From positions 1 to 45,713 of the forward strand of contig CBHROW010000001.1 in assembly GCA_966080355.1 (NCBI GenBank): DNA of 45,713 nucleotides, in the 5' to 3' direction. The stretch is from an uncultured Chryseosolibacter sp. (GTDB lineage: Bacteria; Bacteroidota; Bacteroidia; Cytophagales; Cyclobacteriaceae). This document shows positions 38,601 through 45,713 of this stretch, in pieces. Under the pieces are notes generated by a model. It was not told the origin of the DNA. It ran no database searches and saw nothing but the letters and a program-made list of their open reading frames with translations. Every line of letters starts with the position of its first letter. The first letter of the stretch is position 1. The translations under genes and the position numbers were made by a program.

Positions 38601-41362
38601 AGATATACATTCTCGCGGGCAGTTCCTTACTTGCTACCAGCGACAAAGGCGTTACGTGGACAGAATCAGTTACGGGTAACACTGTGACAAGAGGGGTATT
38701 ACAATCGAATGACGGTGGATTGTTAGCCTGGGGCTTTCCACTTGCCAAAACGATGGATGGCGTGACGTGGACCAAGATCAACTCCGGAAACCTGGATTTT
38801 CAGGCTCTCGTATCCACTGGCGTTTCGTATTTCGCACTCGACAAACTTGGTCATATCCAGACATCGAACGACCTGACAACCTGGACTGAGGTGGCTGTAC
38901 CGGGATTTCCACCTAATTATCTCGCAACTTCTATTGCTGCCGATGCAACAGGAGTTGTTTATTTTCAGATCACGGGCCAGAAAGTCTATCAACTGTCATC
39001 GGGTACGGTTACTCAGCTGACCTTCACAACTAACCCCAGAAATTTTGTTTACAAGAATGACAAAATGTATTTGTATGATGGTGACGGCAAGTTATTCACT
39101 ACAACCAATGGCTTGACCTGGAATACGTTGACGGTTCCCCGAGGAGGCACATTTACAATCACTGGTCCAAATTATTTTTTTATTGATGGCGGGAATGGTG
39201 TGCTGTGGCTTTCGCGTGACCAGGGAAAAGTTTGGCAGAACGTAGGTACCAATCAACTCGGTTCGAACTTTCGCCAGATCATACTTGATGAGTTGTCTGG
39301 ACTTGCTTACGCATATGATGTTGGAAAGCCTGTATTGAAAAGCTCGGGCATTGTTATGACCAACGATCACCAGGCACCCGCAATCGCCAAATTATTACCA
39401 GCGCACAACTCAACGGGCGTTCTTCCAACCTCCAAGCTCTCCATCACTTTTGATGAGGGCGTTATTCCCGTGGCGGGAAAGAAGATCAAGATCGTAGAGC
39501 CAACCAATACCAGTGGTTTTGTTGAAAGCATTGATGTAAGCGCAGGCGATCAGGTTGACCGGACATTCACCTTCACGCCTGCAGCAAGCTCTTTAAAGTA
39601 TTCTCCGAATGCTGCCACAACCCAATCGTACTTCATTACATTAGAGGCCGGGGCATTTACCGATCTCTTCGGGAACTCAACAACACCGATTATCAACAAC
39701 ACAGTCTGGAGTTTTTCCATGGCGGTTACACCAGATGCGGTTGCTCCTGCAATTACCTTCCAGAATTCGAATGCCACAAGTGCGCTTAAGAATGGTGACA
39801 ACAGCAAAACCGTCCAGGTAACCATAACCGATGCGGTGGGCGTAACGCAGGCCCAGATTCTCTATCGTCCCATTACAACGGAAGCGAATTTCACAACCCT
39901 GGTCTTGACGAGATCTACAGGAGATATCTTTGAAGGTTCATTGCCTTCCAGCGCTTACAATCCTATTGGCATCGAGTTTTATATTACGGCTTCCGATGCA
40001 GCAGGTAACATCGCGAGGAGTCCAGTGAATGGCAGCCACTACGCTTACATCACCTTCCCGGAAGGAAAAAAGACAACATTGGCAAACGCGTTGCCTGCCG
40101 GAAGTACCGCGGAAGACTATCGGATCATCTCTGTACCGTTCTCAGCATCTGACAACAGCGTGGATGCGGTGCTTGTTCCAGCAATTGGTGAGCGTGACTC
40201 CAAAGTGTGGCGCTTGTTAACACTCAATAGCGAGCAATCGGGATGGGATGAATACCCGAAAGATTTTACAAATCTGATACCAGGTATCGGTTATTGGATC
40301 ATTTATAAAAATGGCGGAGCCATCTCACTCAACGTAGATTCATCACCCAACGTAAATAGAGAGAATCTGTTCTCCATGACACTTGCTCCCGGCTGGAATC
40401 AGATTGGAAATCCTTATCCCTTTCCGATGGTATGGAGCGAGGTTTTGTCTGCGAATGGAGATCCGCCAGGCTTAAGAGCACCGAAGGTATACAAAGCAGG
40501 TGCTTATAATGATGTAGAGGTAATAGCAACTACTGAAGGTGCTTTCGTACACAATCTCAGTCCCTCCAGTGTTACACTCAACATCCCGCTGGTGACTTCG
40601 GCTTCTGGCGGGAGAATAAAGTCGATTTCATCAGATCTCGGTGAGCGTGAGTGGATTGTCCCGATCTTGTTGAAATGCGGACCAATTGAAACCAACATCG
40701 GTGGCGTTGGGATGAGTGAAAGCGCTAACATCTCTATCGATGACCTCGATGACTTCAATCCACCTTCATTCCAGAATACTTTACAAATGGAATTTCCGCA
40801 CCCGGAACATAAGATCAAATTTGTTGCGAGAGACGTAGTTGATACGCGCGAGAACTATACATGGAATTTTAAGGTCAATACAAATACAACACAAACGACT
40901 GAATTCAGTTGGGACAACGAGGCGTTTGGAAATAATTCCAGAGAACTTTTTCTTTTCGATGTTTCCCTGCAAAAACCAGTGAACATGCGCCAAACTGGTC
41001 GCTACATTTTCGATCCTAAAGTTTCGGGTTCATTCCGCATTTATTTCGGAGAAGACCTTGAGGAAAAAATTAAACCCGATTTCGTTCTGCTGGGTGACGC
41101 CTATCCCAGCCCAAGCGCAGGCCAAACCACAATTCCGTTTGCATTACCAGACCAAAGCAACGTATACCATGTAAAGCTGGAAGTGTATGATATGCTGGGA
41201 AAAAAAATATCCACGCTGCATCATGGGGATCTGACGCCCGGATTTCACCGTGTTGCGTGGGATGCAGAAAACATGAACGAAGGAATTTACTTGTACAGAC
41301 TCTCTGTCTCTGCTCCGAACATGCAGTCTGTGCAGACTAAAAAGATCGCTCTTCAGCGTTAA
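35663..41362 (+). CDS. Giant T9SS-secreted beta-propeller protein, paralog of 27946-33627 (B2)
   Basis: Same architecture as B1; signal peptide SLA|Q; CTD YPSP..YDMLG..GIYLYRL..KKIA. Exact start uncertain because of several in-frame ATGs. Confidence 0.88.
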   Translation: MKNTMMKKNMTTIALVLFTFASLAQTFKQLEGPFGGNISNLFFDGAKSKLYAVANNKVAYSSDNGVNWTLITPPEGYKYVYDAFFDGNKLLIATGNILASTTDNGGTWTIVNSKLNFNDAIRRIYKMPGTGMYLLMGDLKMQISVDAGVTWKQLLSFNYYDITDIDFTSAGDILIGDKTKGIRKYTFPSNPTDLASWNENNWVTIFPKAVDQNDFRLEMALTSADRIFMSYSSPTALSFQSSTDGGATWQPISSDGISPSVYIEPLLAVSPTGKLWLLNPYSNNNQTPRGLWEFTEGAPTPWASKPWPTTTITDQPVNAIVWKTNTQVFAGASIDGIFASSNSGNSWSVASTGLKFGDGRQVEVTADGKIVLVQGYRPSVYWYSTNQGLTWSTQSVGYPIAKLYRLPDNTLIMVAGGFIHTSSDGLNWTSYTSNSIVFNELSIVASNDIYGFAEDATIWESLDKGATWTQIPTTGYPTGFTIENIVARDDDGYFYVNRTNHAGSAREFWKLDSNVSPWTATQFHLDSEDGRYPETMFCLNNKIYITYKSHLNISTDKGATWKDTNIFTLGAIALRQPGGLTAIAVPSPGTFSVTQDDGKTFTSIPMSENFAYVTDMTLSADGTKYIASATGSPALEFAISATNKLIYPPSEAPEYIDFGWQEVEGGPFGGELTHMVKSPGGQLFVAGQYNVFRYNDSAAKWEKLTKQFRGVDVLVDNAGTLFILSDVAVYRSTDNGDTFVERPLQPSGTIESYYGRIIKNDVGDLLITTPYAGILRSTDNGDTYATVTGATGVYTDITVSTSGILLASNETTLISSTDKGATWTPVTFTGSGTINSIAALEGGRLAVVTKNDVMMSSDDGNTWTSIKGDFPLPQDFSFNLSSKLFLSPNNEYWFAHATYVDNSIYVSTNHGQNWVKRGVYKSSISAMVWNGSTAIASHGATRFGPPSVSQSTDNGATFVDFQQKGISNLYYSSFTQFRNKIYILAGSSLLATSDKGVTWTESVTGNTVTRGVLQSNDGGLLAWGFPLAKTMDGVTWTKINSGNLDFQALVSTGVSYFALDKLGHIQTSNDLTTWTEVAVPGFPPNYLATSIAADATGVVYFQITGQKVYQLSSGTVTQLTFTTNPRNFVYKNDKMYLYDGDGKLFTTTNGLTWNTLTVPRGGTFTITGPNYFFIDGGNGVLWLSRDQGKVWQNVGTNQLGSNFRQIILDELSGLAYAYDVGKPVLKSSGIVMTNDHQAPAIAKLLPAHNSTGVLPTSKLSITFDEGVIPVAGKKIKIVEPTNTSGFVESIDVSAGDQVDRTFTFTPAASSLKYSPNAATTQSYFITLEAGAFTDLFGNSTTPIINNTVWSFSMAVTPDAVAPAITFQNSNATSALKNGDNSKTVQVTITDAVGVTQAQILYRPITTEANFTTLVLTRSTGDIFEGSLPSSAYNPIGIEFYITASDAAGNIARSPVNGSHYAYITFPEGKKTTLANALPAGSTAEDYRIISVPFSASDNSVDAVLVPAIGERDSKVWRLLTLNSEQSGWDEYPKDFTNLIPGIGYWIIYKNGGAISLNVDSSPNVNRENLFSMTLAPGWNQIGNPYPFPMVWSEVLSANGDPPGLRAPKVYKAGAYNDVEVIATTEGAFVHNLSPSSVTLNIPLVTSASGGRIKSISSDLGEREWIVPILLKCGPIETNIGGVGMSESANISIDDLDDFNPPSFQNTLQMEFPHPEHKIKFVARDVVDTRENYTWNFKVNTNTTQTTEFSWDNEAFGNNSRELFLFDVSLQKPVNMRQTGRYIFDPKVSGSFRIYFGEDLEEKIKPDFVLLGDAYPSPSAGQTTIPFALPDQSNVYHVKLEVYDMLGKKISTLHHGDLTPGFHRVAWDAENMNEGIYLYRLSVSAPNMQSVQTKKIALQR

Positions 41363-41381
41363 CACATGCAGTGCCATCAAC

Positions 41382-41412
41382 AAAAAAGCTCGTCATCGGA
41401 CGAGCTTTTTTT
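41382..41412. terminator. Bidirectional intrinsic terminator
   Basis: AAAAAAGCTCGTC-ATCG-GACGAGCTTTTTTT, a perfect hairpin between convergent genes. Confidence 0.9.
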
Positions 41413-41433
41413 CTTTCGAGCCTGGAGATCTTA

Positions 41434-41907
41434 TCAACCGCCTTTGCTTTGCAGCTCTTTGCTCATGGTTTCATATTTCGCTTTTAATGCCTGATCGGTT
41501 TCCAGCGACTTCTTGATGGCATTGAAAGTTTTCACCCCCACATATTCCTTCACAAGACCTTGATAAGTTGCGTTGATGCGGGCCATTTCTTCGGTTCTCT
41601 TGTCGGCAACATCCTTGAGAAATTTCTTCTCTTCGGCAGTTGCATTTTTTTCTGCCAACTTGGTTTCATCGTTGGCAATTTTGAACAAGTCATTGTAACG
41701 CTGCACAGACATCACCGTGTTTTTTTGTACCATCTCGGTAATGATGTCGTTTAGCGTCAGTTGCATTCCCTTCACGGAATCCATAGTAACCGCGTATTTT
41801 TTTAAATCCTCGTCTGTGAAAGCGGGCTTGCCGGAAGCCGTTTGCGCCCGGCTGGCACTGATCCCCATGACCAGGAAGGCCGCCAGAATAATGTTGCAAA
41901 ACTTCAT
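41434..41907 (-). CDS. Exported helical protein, DUF4168-like
   Basis: Signal peptide from ATG 41907 (SRA|Q), FTDEDLKKYA, MSVQRYN, TFNAI....DQALKAK. Confidence 0.65.
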   Translation of the reverse strand: MKFCNIILAAFLVMGISASRAQTASGKPAFTDEDLKKYAVTMDSVKGMQLTLNDIITEMVQKNTVMSVQRYNDLFKIANDETKLAEKNATAEEKKFLKDVADKRTEEMARINATYQGLVKEYVGVKTFNAIKKSLETDQALKAKYETMSKELQSKGG

Positions 41908-42131
41908 AATTTGATTTTTTTTGTGGTTTACAGATAAATTCAAGCAGGAATTATAAAAACTAACTTTCCGTTTTCCAAAAAAATCAGGCCAATTTGATAC
42001 TCACGCTTCCACCAACGGATGATCAATCGTTTTAAACAGCTGCTTCTGTTGTTTGGATTTGAATTTGCTGCATCGTGATGCAGACACTGTGCCTCCGGAC
42101 GCCTGCTAAATTTCCTTTTGAAGTCGGTCAA

Positions 42132-42899
42132 TCACAAGTCGAATAGCCCGGGAATAGAATCACGGGCACTCGCCTTATTGTAGTCATAGACCTGCAACGT
42201 TTCCGCAACATTTGTGTCAACGCCTTTTGTGGTGATCAGCTTCGAGATGGTATGTGCCTTCATTTTCGTATGCTCAAGAGGTTGACATAAAGCAAGCACA
42301 TAATCCTTTGTGAGGGTCGGATTCAGCCATTCCTTTTCATATTGCCGCGGCAGGATCACTGGCATGCGATGTTTGCTGTTGTGAATTTCGTGCATCAAAG
42401 TATTCGCCTTGGTGGTTAGCACCGAGTAAGAGTAGTAGTAGCGATCGTTGTCACGATTTTTCCACCGGGTGTAAATGCCCGCGATGGAAAAAATGGGCTG
42501 GTCAGACAAGCTGATGAAATAAGGGACCTTGGCTTTACCTTTCTCATCGAGCCACTTCCATTCCATAAATCCAGTGCACGGAATCAGGCAGCGCTTTCCT
42601 TCGCTGGCTGCATCTTTAAATGCAGATTTTTCAAACATTTCTTCACTGACACAATTCAGCGTGGAGATCCGAAGTTTCTGAGCCGAAGCGAGGCTGTTCG
42701 TCCAGGAGGGCACGAGCCCCCAATGAAACATTTGGAGTTCTTTCGGTCGTCCTGCCGTCACAATTGCTGTTGGATGAAAGTCGAAACCATTTTCATGAAA
42801 TCTTGGCGTATATTCTTCTGCAACAACATCGCTGTATGATGCCGAATAGTAGTCCGCGAGCTGACCGATCTGAGCCGTTTGCGATTTGTGATAGCACAT
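42132..42899 (-). CDS. SRAP (HMCES/YedK-like) abasic-site processing protein
   Basis: Cys2, WGLVP.W, RCLIP..GF.EW, IH...RMPVIL. Confidence 0.92.
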   Translation of the reverse strand: MCYHKSQTAQIGQLADYYSASYSDVVAEEYTPRFHENGFDFHPTAIVTAGRPKELQMFHWGLVPSWTNSLASAQKLRISTLNCVSEEMFEKSAFKDAASEGKRCLIPCTGFMEWKWLDEKGKAKVPYFISLSDQPIFSIAGIYTRWKNRDNDRYYYSYSVLTTKANTLMHEIHNSKHRMPVILPRQYEKEWLNPTLTKDYVLALCQPLEHTKMKAHTISKLITTKGVDTNVAETLQVYDYNKASARDSIPGLFDL

Positions 42900-43057
42900 G
42901 CCTCTGTTGTGTAGTGGAGATGCGAAGATAATAAGGTGAAAACAAAAAGACGAAGCCCTAAGATTCCTGAAAGCCCGGCTAAGGGCAAACGCATCACGCA
43001 GACCTTTGCGATTTGAACTGACTTGCGTGAGAGAGGTGCCGGGATCACATGAACGTG

Positions 43058-43109
43058 TTATTCGATCACTGATTGTTACGGTTCATGCATCTTTTTGATC
43101 GGTTCGATC
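43058..43109 (+). promoter_or_regulatory. Candidate LytTR operator: three imperfect direct repeats at 21 bp spacing
   Basis: TTATTCGATC (43058), CGGTTCATGC (43079), CGGTTCGATC (43100), upstream of a TAAATTTC -7-like box; LytS/LytTR genes lie downstream. Confidence 0.55.
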
Positions 43110-43162
43110 GTACACCCCGTTTTGTATTTGATCGCCTGACTTAAATTTCGGCCCTCTAAAGC

Positions 43163-44116
43163 ATGTTGCTCGTGAACACCATTCTTCGTTTCAAAATTGG
43201 ATTCAAATTGTTAGCGGCTATCGCGATGGCTAGCCTTGTGATTGTACTTTTTTCCAATGCGATTTCCCGCGAAGGTCGTCAGCAGGTTACACTTGGCACA
43301 GAAACTGAGCTTCGGCTCGGTGAGCGATTGACCATCGCAGCTTGTGGGCAATGTCACTTTGGTGATGACGGCCTCCTGAGCGGAAAACGAATGACGGACG
43401 TCCCGCGAATTTTTGGCAAGATCTACTCACCCAACATTACCAGCGATTCGACCTTTGGGATCGGTGCCTGGACTTATCAAAACATCCGTAGTTTTTTACG
43501 AACGGGGATCAAGCCCAACGGAAAGAAAGCAAATTTGATAATGCCTCGGTATCACCGGATGTCGGATCCGGATCTGAATGCCATAATTTCTTTTTTGAAA
43601 TCCGGTGGGGGCGCCTCGGCATCATCGGCAGAGAAGACCAGGACATCAAAACGTTCGATCCCCTTTCGAATCGCTGCCCTCGCAAAAGAGATAAACTCAG
43701 ACGATCCGGTTTACACGATAAATAAACCCGACACGCTGCAATCAGTGGTTTACGGAAAATACCTTGTCGATGATGTGTTGCATTGTTTCAACTGTCACTC
43801 TTCTGGCCCGGCTGGTGTGAATTTCCTCCAGCCTGATAAATCAAAAGGTTATATGGGGGGAGGAAGTAAGTTCCCAGGACTTCAGAAAGAAAAAATAATT
43901 TCTTTGAACCTGACGTCAGATGAAGAAACGGGCATCGGCTCTTACACAAAAGACGATTTTCACACGGTAATGAAAACAGGCAAGAGAAAAAATGGAAGTT
44001 GGATTCGCTACCCGATGCTGCCTTATCCCACGCTAACCGAAAACGATATCAAGGCTATTTACACGTATTTGATGACGGTGCCGAAAATTCATAACAAAAA
44101 ACTTCGCGTCAGATGA
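43163..44116 (+). CDS. Di-heme c-type cytochrome (ADH/GDH cytochrome-subunit-like repeats)
   Basis: CGQCH and CFNCH, each followed by NIT/NLT.D..GIG.W/YT, ...G, and MP/ML; N-terminal membrane anchor. Confidence 0.88.
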   Translation: MLLVNTILRFKIGFKLLAAIAMASLVIVLFSNAISREGRQQVTLGTETELRLGERLTIAACGQCHFGDDGLLSGKRMTDVPRIFGKIYSPNITSDSTFGIGAWTYQNIRSFLRTGIKPNGKKANLIMPRYHRMSDPDLNAIISFLKSGGGASASSAEKTRTSKRSIPFRIAALAKEINSDDPVYTINKPDTLQSVVYGKYLVDDVLHCFNCHSSGPAGVNFLQPDKSKGYMGGGSKFPGLQKEKIISLNLTSDEETGIGSYTKDDFHTVMKTGKRKNGSWIRYPMLPYPTLTENDIKAIYTYLMTVPKIHNKKLRVR

Positions 44117-44466
44117 TAAGAAGTATTGGCTGGAAGTCTTTATTTTTTTCGATATTGACCATTTGTGCTGTTTACCATGATGGACAATCGGAGAGTAAAC
44201 GTCAGCAAGATTCAGTTCCAACGCTGTTGAAAAAATACGGATGTTTGTCTTGTCACGATTCAAAGCGAAGACTTGTGGGACCGTCATTCAATGCTATTGC
44301 GAAACGAAAATATTCGGTCGAAAGAATGGCGGGTTTGATCTTGAAGCCAGAGCCGGCTAATTGGTCTGGTTATCCCGCTATGCCCGTGATTGCTGATCTC
44401 CAGAAAAATGACATTGAAAAAGTGGCTGCCTGGATCAACACTGTTGACGCATCGGAAAAACAATGA
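44113..44466 (+). CDS. Small mono-heme class I cytochrome c (c551/c552-like)
   Basis: CLSCH, LVGPSF..IA, distal Met in YPAMP; ATGA overlap with the upstream gene. Confidence 0.85.
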   Translation: MIRSIGWKSLFFSILTICAVYHDGQSESKRQQDSVPTLLKKYGCLSCHDSKRRLVGPSFNAIAKRKYSVERMAGLILKPEPANWSGYPAMPVIADLQKNDIEKVAAWINTVDASEKQ

Positions 44467-44530
44467 TTCGACCTTTTTATCAGACTGTGATTCGCAAAAC
44501 CTGACCTGTTTAAATTCGGAATTGATCACC

Positions 44531-45577
44531 ATGACCATATCATTCGATGAGATCGGCAGAAGGTATACACGTGCAATCAGGGCGGTGGGAATTCCATTGA
44601 TGCTCCTTGAGATCTATTTATCGGTCTACGCACAAAAATCACTTACACTCGAGGTTGTGTTCAGGTTTGTCATAGATGCAGTGGTGGTGATCAGCATGTG
44701 GTACATTGTGGAAGCGCTGGTCATGCTTTTTCGAAAAGTTTTCCCGACCGTAAAACGTTTGCTGCGGAGAGCTCTTTCAACAATTGTGTGCGGGGCACTG
44801 GCCGGTTTTGTATTGCACTTTTTAGGTGTCGAAGTTTTGGTCAATGGTGTCAGCGACCTGAACTCGATTCAGTTTCCGGTGCATATGGTGTTCTTCTCTG
44901 TCACGATCGTTGCATTGTACGAGGTTGTATTCAATCTCATCGAATTGTCGCGCGCAGAGCGAGAACGGGAAGAGTTGCAGAGATCTCATTTGAAAAGTCA
45001 GCTAAGCACTTTAACAAGTCAGGTGAACCCGCATTTTTTATTTAACAGTTTGAATACACTCCTGACATTGATCTCGTCCTCACCGAAGAAAGCAGAACAA
45101 TTTGTCGAAGACCTCGCCCGAGTCTATCGCTATCTGTTACAGACGAATGAAACAGAAATTACAACGTTGGAAAAAGAGCTGGCGTTTGCCGAGCATTATT
45201 TTCAACTGTTAAAAACGCGGTATGGAAATTCAATATCACTCGAGGTCAACGTCAATGCCACTTATCATAAACATTATATCCCTTCACTAACCCTTCAGCT
45301 TCTGATCGAGAACGCTGTAAAGCATAATGTGATCACAACAGGTAAACCCCTCCGCGTTGAAGTTTTTACATCACTGGGAGACTACCCGCTTTTGAACGTG
45401 CGCAACAATCTTCAACCCAAAATTTCAAATATACCCTCTACGAAACTCGGACTATCGAACATCATCGCCAAATTTAATTTATTGGCGAATCGCGACATAC
45501 AAGTGATCAGCGAAAGCGATTTCTTCCTGGTATCGATTCCTCTCTTGAAAGAGGTGCACGAACATCTGCGAAAATGA
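44531..45577 (+). CDS. LytS-family membrane sensor histidine kinase
   Basis: About 4 TM helices, QVNPHFLFNSLN, YRYLL, LQLLIENAVKHN, LGLSNI; start moved to ATG 44531. Confidence 0.9.
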   Translation: MTISFDEIGRRYTRAIRAVGIPLMLLEIYLSVYAQKSLTLEVVFRFVIDAVVVISMWYIVEALVMLFRKVFPTVKRLLRRALSTIVCGALAGFVLHFLGVEVLVNGVSDLNSIQFPVHMVFFSVTIVALYEVVFNLIELSRAEREREELQRSHLKSQLSTLTSQVNPHFLFNSLNTLLTLISSSPKKAEQFVEDLARVYRYLLQTNETEITTLEKELAFAEHYFQLLKTRYGNSISLEVNVNATYHKHYIPSLTLQLLIENAVKHNVITTGKPLRVEVFTSLGDYPLLNVRNNLQPKISNIPSTKLGLSNIIAKFNLLANRDIQVISESDFFLVSIPLLKEVHEHLRK

Positions 45578-45619
45578 AATATAAATATGACTGAATCTTC
45601 TATTTATTAACGAATACGC

Positions 45620-45713
45620 ATGGAAATTCTGATCGTTGAAGATGAGATGCTGGCCGTTGAGCGACTCGAAAAACTCCTTCGCGCTATCGATAAAGAAATA
45701 AAAGTGGTGGGAG
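45620..45713 (+). CDS. Response regulator, probably LytTR family; 5' fragment at the right edge
   Basis: Manual translation MEILIVEDEMLAVERLEKLLRAIDKEIKVVG, following a LytS kinase. Confidence 0.82.
   Translation, partial: MEILIVEDEMLAVERLEKLLRAIDKEIKVVG

Noticed and set aside
27946-41362. B1/B2 as an assembly duplication, RHS/CDI toxins or DGR targets
   Set aside because: The copies are highly diverged. There are no RHS or haemagglutinin repeats, variation is N-terminal, no immunity-like genes are present, and there is no reverse transcriptase or template repeat.
41940-42131. 63 aa ORF between SRAP and the DUF4168-like gene
   Set aside because: TTG start, no motif, and it covers the likely promoter region of the downstream gene.

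Overview
A 45.7 kb bacterial chromosomal window, very probably from Bacteroidota and likely Cytophagales. This is inferred from type IX secretion C-terminal domains, signal peptides followed by Gln, TAnnTTTG promoter boxes and A-rich start contexts without Shine-Dalgarno sites. The left part is housekeeping: glgX (truncated by the window edge), a GH57 protein lacking its catalytic nucleophile, treZ-treY, mntR-mntH, a glycosyltransferase, dapD, DUF3108, a PAS kinase with response regulator, mscL, 3-hydroxybutyryl-CoA dehydrogenase, a lipoprotein, a sterol-desaturase-family enzyme and parE-parC. A degenerate 211 bp copy of the parC 3' end follows. Next come an alpha/beta hydrolase, an OmpA protein and an M15 peptidase. 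The most striking region is a 14 kb five-gene unit (27191-41412) arranged A1-B1-caspase-A2-B2. A is a 243 aa exported protein with a hydrophobic, Pro-rich tail. B is a ~1900 aa beta-propeller protein with a T9SS signal. The central gene is a signal-peptide-bearing C14 caspase-like protease with an intact His-Cys dyad. The window ends with a DUF4168-like protein, a SRAP protein, two c-type cytochromes and a LytS/LytTR pair with a candidate LytTR operator. No rRNA, tRNA, CRISPR array, transposase or integrase was recognised. Family assignments come from motif recognition by eye, not database searches.
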